Of a stretch of DNA of 64,000 nt, positions 49,425 through 59,024 are shown piece after piece. The translations under genes and the position numbers were made by a program. The first letter of the stretch is position 1. The number at the start of each line of letters is the position of its first letter. This DNA comes from an uncultured Gemmatimonadaceae bacterium (GTDB lineage Bacteria; Gemmatimonadota; Gemmatimonadetes; Gemmatimonadales; Gemmatimonadaceae). The stretch spans positions 320,001 through 384,000 of the forward strand of contig CAWBOC010000005.1 in NCBI GenBank assembly GCA_963790305.1. Direction: 5' to 3'. Under the pieces are notes generated by a model, which was given only the letters and a program-made list of their open reading frames with translations, made no database searches and was not told where the DNA came from.

Positions 49425-51530
49425 CTAACGACCCGCCGTCAGGCTGAGCCCGACCGAGATCGTGCGTTCCGGCGCCGGCTCGTAGTAGCGGCCGGCGGCT
49501 GCGTTGATCACGACCGAGCCGACGTAGCGCCGATCGAACAGGTTCTGGATGGCCACGACCGGAACCGCGGTCGTCCCTCCGATGGGAATTCGTCCTCCCA
49601 TCCGCACGTTCGCGATGCCCCAGCCCGCCGCGGCGCTCGTGTTGGCATCATCGACGAGCGCGCGGCTCGACCCTATTCCTTCCGCCGTGAGAAAGATCCT
49701 GCTCCACCGCCACGTCACGCTCGTCTGGAGCTGATGCAACGGAATGCCCGGGATGCGATTGTCGTCGTATCGCTCCGTGACAGCGCCCGTAGTGACCGCG
49801 TAGTCGTCGAACCGGAAATCGGAATAGCTGTACGCCGACGCGAAGGAGGCGGCGCCGGCGGTGAGCTCGAGACCAGCCTCGAGTCCGCGCCGCACTGTCC
49901 GGCCCGCGTTGCGGAAGTAGCGCCGGCCCGCCCCGCCGGGGACCTCGAAGGGAATGAGCTCATCCTTCACCCCGGTGAAGAATCCGGCAATGTCATACCG
50001 CAGTCGCATCGCGAGAATTCCCTTCACGCCAACCTCGAAGGTCGTGGCCGTCTGGGGGTCGAGATCGCGATTGATGCCGCCCGCGCCCTCCGGTCGGTTG
50101 CCCAGCTCTGTCGCAGTCGGAGTTTCGAACGCGGTCGAGATGTTCCCGTACGCTGACGTGAGAGTTCCCACGCGCGCGATGACACCCGCCATCGGACTCC
50201 ACGCGCGAAGCGTGCGCCGCCCCGAGTCGTCCGGGTTCTGCCCCGGCCCCGCCGGAATAACGAAGCGATCCTCAATGTCGAAGATCACATAGTCCGCACG
50301 CAGTCCCGCGTGTACGTGGACACGCTCGCCAACCGTGAACTCGTCACGCACGAATGGGCCAATGCTGGTCACCAGCTCGCGCTGATCGAGCCGCAGGGCC
50401 CCACGCTCGACCGTGTCGGCTCGCGGACATGCGGCCGTCGGCGTCGCCACACCATTGCAGTTCTCGAAATTCTTCCGATCGTCATCGAGCCGCTGAATAT
50501 CCACTCCTGCACTCAGCCGGTGCCGAGCGCCAAACGGCAATGTGGCGGAGGTCATTCGCACCGACCCGCCAACCGTCATGCGATCAATGGCGACGACGGC
50601 GAAGGTCAGCGGATTGTCGAGATCGCGAGTTCCGCCGTAGAGCGACGCTGTCAGCTCGCCTGCTGAAAGGGGTCGGGTGGCGATCAGCGAGAGTTGGTTC
50701 TGACTGACTTCCTTGCGCGCACGCTTCGCGACAGAGAATGCGACCGCCTGGCGGGGGTCTGCTGCCATCTCGGTGGCAGTCAGCGCTCCTGGGTTCTCCG
50801 CTACCGGCATCGAGAAGAGTTGCGCCTGCCACGCGATGTCGGCCCCGGCGAGGGTATGCAGGACGCGCCCGGTGGCGTGCGTGGTCTTCTGGTGCGCATA
50901 TCGACGATACCCATCCTGCTCCGTGCGCGTGACCATCGCCTGATAGCGAAGCGGGGCGAGGGTTCCTCCCAGGCCGGCCGTCCATCGTTGGAGGCCGTCG
51001 CTGCCTCCAAGTGCACGAAGGTCGAGGGTCACCGGCGATGTCGGTGGCGGGCTCGATCGAAAATCGACGACGCCCCCTGCGGCGTTGCCATACAGAGCGG
51101 AGGCGCTGCCCCGGATGACTTCGACCGATCCGACCGACGCGAGGTCGAGATAGTCCGTCGGCGTCTGTCCATCGGGAAGCGTGAGTGGGATTCCGTCCCG
51201 CAGGATGCGAACGCTGCGCACGCCGAACGCCGCCCGCGCGCCAAACCCCCGAACGGCAATGCGGGGATCCTGCGTTGGATTGTTCCGGTTGGCCACCGAC
51301 ACCCCGGGGACGAGCATCAACGTCTCGTCAGCCGCCAGGTTGCGCTGGCCCGGGCGAAGGCTATCGGGCACCACCCGCGTGATCGCGAGCGGCAGCTCCA
51401 GCGGCGAGCGCGCGACGTCCCGCGTCACCGTCACTACGACGGGAGGAAGTGTCGTCGGCGCTGCTTGCTCCTGCGCGGCGGCCGGTGCCGCGAGGAGAAC
51501 GAGGAACGAGGAACGAGAAAGCGCTCTCAC
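49425..51530 (-). CDS. TonB-dependent receptor, YncD/PqqU-like
   Basis: Plug NRNNPTQDPRIAVRGFGARAAFGVRSVRILRDGIPLTLPDGQ; FETPT; RYVGSVVINAAAGRYYEPAPER. Confidence 0.88.
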   Translation of the reverse strand: MRALSRSSFLVLLAAPAAAQEQAAPTTLPPVVVTVTRDVARSPLELPLAITRVVPDSLRPGQRNLAADETLMLVPGVSVANRNNPTQDPRIAVRGFGARAAFGVRSVRILRDGIPLTLPDGQTPTDYLDLASVGSVEVIRGSASALYGNAAGGVVDFRSSPPPTSPVTLDLRALGGSDGLQRWTAGLGGTLAPLRYQAMVTRTEQDGYRRYAHQKTTHATGRVLHTLAGADIAWQAQLFSMPVAENPGALTATEMAADPRQAVAFSVAKRARKEVSQNQLSLIATRPLSAGELTASLYGGTRDLDNPLTFAVVAIDRMTVGGSVRMTSATLPFGARHRLSAGVDIQRLDDDRKNFENCNGVATPTAACPRADTVERGALRLDQRELVTSIGPFVRDEFTVGERVHVHAGLRADYVIFDIEDRFVIPAGPGQNPDDSGRRTLRAWSPMAGVIARVGTLTSAYGNISTAFETPTATELGNRPEGAGGINRDLDPQTATTFEVGVKGILAMRLRYDIAGFFTGVKDELIPFEVPGGAGRRYFRNAGRTVRRGLEAGLELTAGAASFASAYSYSDFRFDDYAVTTGAVTERYDDNRIPGIPLHQLQTSVTWRWSRIFLTAEGIGSSRALVDDANTSAAAGWGIANVRMGGRIPIGGTTAVPVVAIQNLFDRRYVGSVVINAAAGRYYEPAPERTISVGLSLTAGR

Positions 51531-51578
51531 GGTTCGGCTGCCCCAGCCTTCACACGACGCTGTTCTCGTTCCTCGTTC
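51497..51578. repeat. Heptamer-built inverted repeat (GAACGAG type) enclosing the receptor start codon
   Basis: GAACGAGGAACGAGGAACGAGAAAGCG ... CGCTGTTCTCGTTCCTCGTTC. Confidence 0.8.
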
Positions 51579-51579
51579 A

Positions 51580-53091
51580 TCAACGCCTAACGGGCTGCCC
51601 CGTGAGGTCACGGATGGTGACCTCTCCGAGGTTGAGCGACCGCAACCCCGCCTCGATCGCCTTGCGGTCACCTACCACCACGACGGCGAACTTCGAAGGA
51701 TCGACATATCGTTCAGCGACACGCTGCACATCGGCGACCGTGACTTCCTCGATCCGCTGGACATACGAGTTGTAGTAGTCGAGCGGCAGTCCGTGTACGA
51801 CGACGGGAATGAGCTGACTCGCGATGTCGCCCGTGGTTTCGAACTCGCCCGGGAGCTGCAGCTGCAGGTAGCGCTTCGCCTTCTCGAGCTCGGTCTCCGG
51901 AACAGCCTCACGAATCGCGCGGAGCTCCTTCATGAACTCGATCAGCGAAGAGTCGCTTTTCGCTCCGACCACTTCGGCCCGGGCGGTGAAGGGGCCCGCC
52001 GAGCGGCGCATGGAGAAGCCCGAGCTCGCCCCATACGTGTAACCGTGCGTTTCACGCAGGTTCGTCATGAGCCGGCTGGTGAATGCGCCCCCGAGGATTG
52101 TGTTCATCACCAGGATGGCGAAGTAGTCCTCGGTCGAGCGCGGCACCCCGATTGATCCAATGCGTACCGACGACTGCGGAGCGCCCGGTTTGTCGATGAG
52201 ATAGATCGCCGTGGCGAGGCCGGCGGGTGGCGCCGCGAACTGCGTCGCCGGCACGGTCCCCCGGGACCAGCCGCCGAACAGCCCGCGTACGCGCCGCTCC
52301 ACATCGTCCGCTGTCACATCGCCGACGACGATCAGCGTTGCGTTGTTCGGCCGATAGTACGTTTGATAGAACCGCTGCACATCGGCGCGGGTGATCGCGC
52401 GCGTTGATGCTTCGGTTCCCGACAGCGGGCGACCGTAGGGATGGCGCTCGCCATACAGAATGGAGGCGTACGCGCGATCGGCGATCTGAGGCGCGCGGTC
52501 CTTGAGCTGGAGCAGCTCGGTCAGTCGCTCTTTCCGGAGGCGCTCGAGGTCGCTCACCGGGAACGTGGGCCGAAGTGCGACATCGGCGAAGAGCGTCATC
52601 GCACTGTCGAGCACTGCGACCGGTGCATGCAGCGACACGATCGACTGGTCCCAGCCGCTTCCAGTTCCAACCTGGACGCCGAGGAAGGCCTCCTGATCGG
52701 CAATGTCGAGGGAGCTGCGCCGTCCGGCTCCCTCATCCAGCATGGATGCCGCGAGCGTCGCGACCCCCGGCTTGCTGGCCGGATCGCCTTCGCCGCCCGT
52801 CTTCACGACGAGAATCATGTCGACCAGCGGAAGCTCGTGATGCTCGACGACCAGAATCTCCAGTCCGTTGTCGAGCTGGCGGCGCGTCACCGGGGGCAGC
52901 GCAAGCTGACCGAGTGTCCCGAGCGCGGGAGGCTTCGTCCGATCGAACGCCGGGGTACGCGGTGTATCGACGGCCACGGCCACTGGCGGCGTGACTGGCG
53001 CGGGAACGGGCTCGGGCGTCGGCGCCTGCGCGCACGCGACCGCGAGCGTTCCGAGGATCGCGGTCGTTAGGCACTTACGGAATCCGGACAT
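51580..53091 (-). CDS. M16B peptidase non-catalytic subunit, lipoprotein
   Basis: Lipobox LAVAC; LDNGL; TSRLMTNLRETHGYTYGA; no HxxEH. Confidence 0.88.
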   Translation of the reverse strand: MSGFRKCLTTAILGTLAVACAQAPTPEPVPAPVTPPVAVAVDTPRTPAFDRTKPPALGTLGQLALPPVTRRQLDNGLEILVVEHHELPLVDMILVVKTGGEGDPASKPGVATLAASMLDEGAGRRSSLDIADQEAFLGVQVGTGSGWDQSIVSLHAPVAVLDSAMTLFADVALRPTFPVSDLERLRKERLTELLQLKDRAPQIADRAYASILYGERHPYGRPLSGTEASTRAITRADVQRFYQTYYRPNNATLIVVGDVTADDVERRVRGLFGGWSRGTVPATQFAAPPAGLATAIYLIDKPGAPQSSVRIGSIGVPRSTEDYFAILVMNTILGGAFTSRLMTNLRETHGYTYGASSGFSMRRSAGPFTARAEVVGAKSDSSLIEFMKELRAIREAVPETELEKAKRYLQLQLPGEFETTGDIASQLIPVVVHGLPLDYYNSYVQRIEEVTVADVQRVAERYVDPSKFAVVVVGDRKAIEAGLRSLNLGEVTIRDLTGQPVRR

Positions 53092-54445
53092 CGCCCATCT
53101 CCTTCACCATGAGGTCGGGTTTGCCTTCGGGGACAACCGTCAGGATGATTTTGGGCTTCCCCAGATAGTCGCGGGTAACGCGCTGCACATCGGCGGCGGT
53201 CACCGCGTCGTACCGTGCGGCATCCTGTCGCACGTAGTCCGGCGTGCCGGCGAAGTAATCATAGAAATTGAGCTGGTCCGCCTTGCCGTTGACGCTCGCC
53301 AGACGATCGAGGAACTGTGCGCGATAGGTGTTCTGCGCCCGGGCGAGCTCCCGGTCGGTGATTCCCTGGTTGCTCAACTTTCGAATCTCTTCGTTGACGA
53401 GCTGAGCCATTCGCGCTGGGCTCTGTCCCGGCTTCGGCGTGACCGTCACGCCGAACATGCCATCGAGGCGGCCGCTCATCTGGAACGCGTTGACATCCTG
53501 CGCAACCTGCATCTCGTACACGAGGCGCTTGTAGAGTCGGGAGTTCTTGTCTCCCGCCAGGACATACGCGAGCAGATCGAACGAGGCATCGTCAGCGTGG
53601 AACGCCTTCGCCGATGGCCACGCGTAGTACAATCGCGGCAGCTGCACCTTGTCTTCAAGCACGAGGAAGGTGTCCTTCGGCACCGTAACCGCCTGCACCG
53701 CCGGTCGTGCCGGCATCGCCGGCCCACGCGGAATTTCGCCGAAGTACCGCTGAACCCACACCTTCACGGAGTCGCGGTTGAAGTCGCCAGCGATCGCGAG
53801 CGTCGCGTTGTTCGGAGCGTAGTACGTCCGAAAGAATTGCTTCACGTCCTCGAGCGACGCGGCAGACAGGTCAGCCATCGAGCCGATCGTTGGCCACGAG
53901 TAGGGATGGCCAGAAGGGAACACCGCCGCCAGAATCGTCTCGAAGGCTCGGCCGTAAGGCACGTTGTCATAGCTCTGCCGACGCTCGTTCTTCACCACAT
54001 CACGCTGCACATCGAGCTTCGCCTGGTCCATCGTCGGCAGAAGCCACCCCATGCGATCGGCTTCCAGCCACAATGCGAGTGGAAGCGCGTTCGACGGCAT
54101 CCATTCGAAGTAGTTCGTGCGATCCTGGGAGGTGGACCCGTTATTGTTCGCGCCCGCCGCTTCCAGCCATTGATCGAACGCACCCACCGGCACGTGCTCC
54201 GAGCCCATGAACATGACGTGCTCGAAGAGGTGCGCGAATCCCGTGCGCCCGGGCTGTTCGTCGCCCGATCCCACGTGGTACCACACGTTGACCGCTACCA
54301 TCGGGGTGGAGCGATCCTCGTGCAGAACGACCGTCAAGCCATTGTCCAGCGTGTACCGCTCATTGGTGAGCGGCGGAATCCCCTGCGCGGCCACAGTCGT
54401 GGTGGCAAGCACGCAGGTGGCTATCGCGAACATCGCGTATCTCAC
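53075..54445 (-). CDS. M16B zinc peptidase catalytic subunit, exported
   Basis: Signal peptide; TGFAHLFEHVMFMGS; DRTNYFE. Confidence 0.92.
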   Translation of the reverse strand: MRYAMFAIATCVLATTTVAAQGIPPLTNERYTLDNGLTVVLHEDRSTPMVAVNVWYHVGSGDEQPGRTGFAHLFEHVMFMGSEHVPVGAFDQWLEAAGANNNGSTSQDRTNYFEWMPSNALPLALWLEADRMGWLLPTMDQAKLDVQRDVVKNERRQSYDNVPYGRAFETILAAVFPSGHPYSWPTIGSMADLSAASLEDVKQFFRTYYAPNNATLAIAGDFNRDSVKVWVQRYFGEIPRGPAMPARPAVQAVTVPKDTFLVLEDKVQLPRLYYAWPSAKAFHADDASFDLLAYVLAGDKNSRLYKRLVYEMQVAQDVNAFQMSGRLDGMFGVTVTPKPGQSPARMAQLVNEEIRKLSNQGITDRELARAQNTYRAQFLDRLASVNGKADQLNFYDYFAGTPDYVRQDAARYDAVTAADVQRVTRDYLGKPKIILTVVPEGKPDLMVKEMGDVRIP

Positions 54446-55047
54446 TGCGACCTCCGTTCGAAGATGTACGCGAGCGGTACCTTCACCGACTCGCTGACCA
54501 TGTACTTCCAGTGCTCCTCCCGATTCGATGTGATCGGGCTCGTGCGCGTTGGCGAGGTGTACGGCTCCAGTCCAAACCGCCTTGCCAAGATAGACAGTCG
54601 AAGCATGTGAAAGGGATCGCTGACGAGGATCACCGAGCTCTGCTCACGATCATCCATGATTCGCGCCACCGCCTGCATCGACTCGCTCGTTGTCCGGCCC
54701 TTGATCTCGATTACGATCGCGCGATCGGGCACCCCCCGCGACATTGCATACTTTCGAGCAACTGCCGCTTCGCTGGTCGTGTCCCCTACCCCTGTCCCAC
54801 CGGTAAGGATCAGGGTCGGGGCCAACCCGCGCTTCCACAGGGATACGGCGTGGTCCACGCGGGCCCGAAGCACGGGCGACGGCCGGCCGACGTACTGCGC
54901 CGCTCCCAGTACCACGATCGCATCCGCGCGCTGAGCTTGGTCACGCCGCCCGACCCGATCCACCGCTATCATCGAGATCACCCACGCGATCACCACGACA
55001 GCCGCGATCGCGACGATCGTGCGGAGGTAGGAGCGCGGCTTCGGCAT
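54442..55047 (-). CDS. YdcF/DUF218 (SanA/ElyC-like) protein
   Basis: ADAIVVLGAA, ILTGG, SEA, VSDPFHMLR; N-terminal TM. Confidence 0.9.
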   Translation of the reverse strand: MPKPRSYLRTIVAIAAVVVIAWVISMIAVDRVGRRDQAQRADAIVVLGAAQYVGRPSPVLRARVDHAVSLWKRGLAPTLILTGGTGVGDTTSEAAVARKYAMSRGVPDRAIVIEIKGRTTSESMQAVARIMDDREQSSVILVSDPFHMLRLSILARRFGLEPYTSPTRTSPITSNREEHWKYMVSESVKVPLAYIFERRSQ

Positions 55048-55097
55048 CCGGGGAAGCTACGATGGCACGCGCATGCGGTGAAGGCTTATCTCACGAG

Positions 55098-55697
55098 CTA
55101 TTCGGCAAGCCCGAGGAGTGCGAGCCAGAGCACGTCGAACGCCGCCCGAGCATCCGCTCCGCCCGCGCCAGCCGGCACAGAGGCCAGGCCATCGACGACC
55201 GTGACGAGCAAATCCCCAAGAAGCACGGGAGGAACGCGCGGCCGAAGCGCCAGGAGCTCGAAGAGGCGTTCGGCACTCGCCGTTGCCGCTGTACGGCGCA
55301 TGTGCATCGCCTCGGCGGTCGCCGGGCGCACGCTCCCGCCGCGCCACCCGGCGAGCTCCACGAGCGCGCGGACATGTCCCCGCGCCAACTCCGCGTCGAG
55401 CCAGCGCCAAAGATCATCGATCGCGCCGTGTGGCGTCGATCCCGCCAGCGCGGCACGCTCGCGCCTCACGAGTCCCTCGGCGATCCACATCACGAGCCGC
55501 GCAAGTAGCGTGTCCTTGTCCTGGAAATGATAGTGAATGAGTCCCTTGCTCACCCCCGCTTCCTCGGCCACCTCCTGCATGGTCATTGCGCTGGCCCCGG
55601 AGATGGCGAGCCTCGTGGCTGCAGCCTTGAGGATTCGCTCGGTGGCGTCTGGCCGCGCACGGGCGCCAGACAGCGGCACGGGAGGCGTAGCCGTCAT
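55098..55697 (-). CDS. TetR family regulator
   Basis: TMQEVAEEAGVSKGLIHYHF..K. Confidence 0.9.
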   Translation of the reverse strand: MTATPPVPLSGARARPDATERILKAAATRLAISGASAMTMQEVAEEAGVSKGLIHYHFQDKDTLLARLVMWIAEGLVRRERAALAGSTPHGAIDDLWRWLDAELARGHVRALVELAGWRGGSVRPATAEAMHMRRTAATASAERLFELLALRPRVPPVLLGDLLVTVVDGLASVPAGAGGADARAAFDVLWLALLGLAE

Positions 55698-55699
55698 GG

Positions 55700-57082
55700 T
55701 CAGCTGCTCACCCGGGTGAATTGCTCAGGACAGGTGACTCGATAGCCTGTGTCGCGCAGTCGTGCGGCAAGCGCATCCTGTGGACCGGGCTCACCGTGAA
55801 CGAGATACACGTCGCGCAGGGCAGGCGACGTCGCTCGCACCGCATCGAGCCAGGCGGTCAGCTCGGTACGGTCGGCGTGCGCGCTATATCCGTTGAGCAC
55901 CTCCACCTGCGCACGCAGCGGGATTTCCTCCCCGTGAATTTTGAGCGTGGGCTGCCGCTCCACGATTCGTCTGCCAAGGGTATGCTCCGCCTGAAAACCC
56001 ACGATGAGAATCGTGTTTCGCGGGTTGGCAGCGCCGACCTTGAGATGGTGAACGATACGTCCAGCTTCCGCCATTCCCGACGGTGCGATGATGACCATCG
56101 GACCAACGGCGTTGTTGAGGGCCTTCGACTCCTCTGCCTTACGAGTATAGTGGGCCTGCTGAAAGCGAAAGAGCATCTGGACACGTTGCACGAAGTCTTC
56201 GGTGCGGTCGAAAACCTCGGGGTGGGTCTCGAAGACCGCCGTTGCCTCGATGGCGAGCGGACTGTCGATGTAGATCGGAATCGCCGGGATCTCGCTCGCC
56301 AGGGCGAGCGAGTGAAGGTCGTACACGATCTCTTGGGCACGGCCGACCGCGAATGCCGGGATGAGGATACGTCCCCCTCGGGCTGCGGTCTCGCGGACGA
56401 TCCTTGCCAGCTCCTGACGGGCTGACGTGTATGGCGCGTGATCCCGGTCGCCGTACGTGGATTCCATGATGACGACGTCGGCCCCCTGCGGGGGCTTGGG
56501 ATCCCGGATGATGGGAAGGCCGTTGCGTCCAATGTCTCCGGAGAACACGAGGCGCTGGTTGCGTCCCCCCTCCTCGATATCGAGAACGACGGATGCCGAG
56601 CCGAGGATGTGGCCGGCGTCGATGAATGTCACGCGAACCCCGGTCGTGACCTCGAACGTCTTTTCATACGGAACGCCAGCCATGAGATCCGCCGCACGCG
56701 TCGCATCGACCATGGAATAGAGCGGCGGAACGACATCCTTCCGGTGCCGGGCCAGAAACTCGGCATCCTTCTCCTGAATGTGTGCGGAGTCGGCGAGCAT
56801 CACGACCGCGAGATCGCGCGTTGCCGCCGTGCACCAGACGGTTCCGCGATACCCCTCCCGTACCAGGAGTGGGATTCGCCCAGCGTGATCAATGTGCGCG
56901 TGCGAGAGAACGACGGCATCAATGCGCGAGACGTCCAGGGGCAATCGGAGGTTCTTTTCGTATGTCTCGCTCCGTCGGCCCTGAAAGAGACCACAGTCGA
57001 GAAGGATGTGCTTTCCATTCACGTGCACAATGTGGCACGATCCGGTGACCTCCCGCGCAGCGCCGGCGAACGTGATCTCCAT
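55700..57082 (-). CDS. Beta-CASP metallo-beta-lactamase ribonuclease
   Basis: GAAREVTGS, SHAHIDH, AGHILGS, MESTYG, PAFAVGR, YSAHAD, LVHGE. Confidence 0.92.
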   Translation of the reverse strand: MEITFAGAAREVTGSCHIVHVNGKHILLDCGLFQGRRSETYEKNLRLPLDVSRIDAVVLSHAHIDHAGRIPLLVREGYRGTVWCTAATRDLAVVMLADSAHIQEKDAEFLARHRKDVVPPLYSMVDATRAADLMAGVPYEKTFEVTTGVRVTFIDAGHILGSASVVLDIEEGGRNQRLVFSGDIGRNGLPIIRDPKPPQGADVVIMESTYGDRDHAPYTSARQELARIVRETAARGGRILIPAFAVGRAQEIVYDLHSLALASEIPAIPIYIDSPLAIEATAVFETHPEVFDRTEDFVQRVQMLFRFQQAHYTRKAEESKALNNAVGPMVIIAPSGMAEAGRIVHHLKVGAANPRNTILIVGFQAEHTLGRRIVERQPTLKIHGEEIPLRAQVEVLNGYSAHADRTELTAWLDAVRATSPALRDVYLVHGEPGPQDALAARLRDTGYRVTCPEQFTRVSS

Positions 57083-57208
57083 GCACTTCTCGGCTCGAGG
57101 ATCGGTCAGTGTGGCACTCCAGCACGGGAGTGTAAAGGTCGGTCTGGTAGTAGGCCGCGGCGATCTCGAAGTGCTATGTTGGTCGCCGCACCAAACGGAG
57201 CCGACACG

Positions 57209-58447
57209 ATGACCGCTGGCACGATCGACACTGGAGTGCCTCCTGCGCTCGGGGCAGAGCCCGACGTCACTCGCTGGCGCGAGGAAACGCCAGGATGTGC
57301 GGATCGGACTCATCTCAACAATGCCGGTGCTGCACTCATGCCGGTGCCGGTGATTCGCGCTATTGAAGGTCACCTGACTCTGGAAGCGCACATCGGCGGA
57401 TACGAAGCGGCTGAGGAGTGCGTCCCCGAGACGAACCGGGTCTACGACGCCCTCGCGACACTCGTCAAGGCTACCCCGCGGAATATCGCCATCACGCCGA
57501 GCTCGACGGCGGCATTCATTCAGGCACTGTCCACGATCGACTTCCAGCCCGGAGATGTCATCCTGACATCGCGGTGCGACTATACATCCAACCAGCTTCA
57601 CTATCTGTCGCTTGCACGGCGACATGGCGTCCGCGTTGTGCGCGCCGAAGACCTTCCCGAGGGCGGCGTGGACCCGGATTCTGTGAAAGCGATCGCGCAG
57701 CAAAAACGACCGCGCCTCGTCGCCATTTCATGGGTGCCGACCAACTCCGGCCTCGTACAGGACGTCGGCAGCATCGGCCAGATCTGCGAGGACCTCGGCC
57801 TGCCCTATCTCGTCGATGCGTGCCAGGCGGCTGGGCAGATTCCAATCGATGTGGGCCGTCTTCGCTGCGACTACCTGTCGGCGACAGCACGAAAATTCCT
57901 GCGCGGGCCGCGCGGAATCGGTTTCCTCTACATCTCGGACAAAGCGCTTGGCCGGGGGGATTACCCCCTGTACGTCGATATGCGCGGAGCAGTGTGGACA
58001 GGGGCCAATGAGATCTCACTCGTCGAGGACGCCCGTCGCTTCGAGGATTGGGAGTTTCCGTACGCACTCGTCCTTGGCTTCGGCGCCGCCGCCGAGTACG
58101 CGCAGTCCGTCGGCGTTGCACGTGCGGGGGGACGCGCGGCTGCGTTGGCGAGCCACCTTCGGCGTCGGCTCATGACCATCGAGGGGACTCGCGTCCTCGA
58201 TCGCGGCCGGGACCACTGCGCCATCGTTACCGCCGACATCGCAGGCCAGGACTCGACTCACCTCGTCGCGGAGTTGCGTCGGCGGCACATCAACACATCG
58301 GCGACGCTCGCCTGGTATGGCTTGATCGACATGAGAGAAAAGAACGCGCGGTCGGCGATCCGGCTGTCACCCCACTACTACAACACCCTCGAGGAGGTCG
58401 ACGCTGCCGTCGAAGCACTCCGTGAAATCGTCAACGCCCGGAACTGA
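57209..58447 (+). CDS. Class V PLP-dependent enzyme (C-S lyase-like)
   Basis: HLNNAGAAL, DACQAAGQ, SATARKFLRGPRG, RLSPHYYNT; no SufS/IscS-type C-terminal catalytic Cys motif seen. Confidence 0.88.
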   Translation: MTAGTIDTGVPPALGAEPDVTRWREETPGCADRTHLNNAGAALMPVPVIRAIEGHLTLEAHIGGYEAAEECVPETNRVYDALATLVKATPRNIAITPSSTAAFIQALSTIDFQPGDVILTSRCDYTSNQLHYLSLARRHGVRVVRAEDLPEGGVDPDSVKAIAQQKRPRLVAISWVPTNSGLVQDVGSIGQICEDLGLPYLVDACQAAGQIPIDVGRLRCDYLSATARKFLRGPRGIGFLYISDKALGRGDYPLYVDMRGAVWTGANEISLVEDARRFEDWEFPYALVLGFGAAAEYAQSVGVARAGGRAAALASHLRRRLMTIEGTRVLDRGRDHCAIVTADIAGQDSTHLVAELRRRHINTSATLAWYGLIDMREKNARSAIRLSPHYYNTLEEVDAAVEALREIVNARN

Positions 58448-59024
58448 GATTCCCCTCGTCTTTCATCCGCTGACTATCGATCGGTGGGCAGACCTCGAGT
58501 CGCTATTCGGAGAGCGCGGCGGGTGTGGGGGCTGCTGGTGCATGACCTGGCGAGTTCCTCGCGCACGGTACGAGGAAGGAAAGGGTGCCGGGAATCGCGC
58601 TGCGTTCAAGCGGCGTGTTCGGAGCGGCCTGCCACCCGGCATTCTTGCGTATGTGGAGGCGGATCCTGTCGGTTGGTGCGCGGTGTCGCCGAGGGCCGAA
58701 TACGATTATCTGGCGCGGTCGCGAGTTCTGCGTCCCATCGATGACCAGGCGGTGTGGTCGATTTCCTGCCTCCTGGTCGCGAAGCCTCTTCGGAGCCGCG
58801 GCGTCTCCGTGCAGCTCCTGCGTGCCGCCGTGGACATGGCTGGGCAGGCAGGCGCGGCGATCGTCGAAGGCTATCCCGTGGTCTCGCGCACGGGGCGCAT
58901 GCCGGACGCTTTCGCGTGGACTGGAACGCTCTCGGCCTTTCGCGCGGCGGGGTTCCAGGAGGCAGCTCGCGGCTCACCAAGCCGGCCGATCATGCGTGCC
59001 TACCCCGGGCGCGCTACTCGTTAG
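58422..59024 (+). CDS. GNAT family acetyltransferase
   Basis: GGCWCMTWR, VGWCAVSPR, RSRGVS, VEGYP, FRAAGF. Confidence 0.85.
   Translation: MKSSTPGTEIPLVFHPLTIDRWADLESLFGERGGCGGCWCMTWRVPRARYEEGKGAGNRAAFKRRVRSGLPPGILAYVEADPVGWCAVSPRAEYDYLARSRVLRPIDDQAVWSISCLLVAKPLRSRGVSVQLLRAAVDMAGQAGAAIVEGYPVVSRTGRMPDAFAWTGTLSAFRAAGFQEAARGSPSRPIMRAYPGRATR

Noticed and set aside
55700..58447. Apparent 1.2-kb overlap of two divergent long ORFs
   Set aside because: Real starts are at 57082 (-) and 57209 (+); the extensions are antisense to each other.
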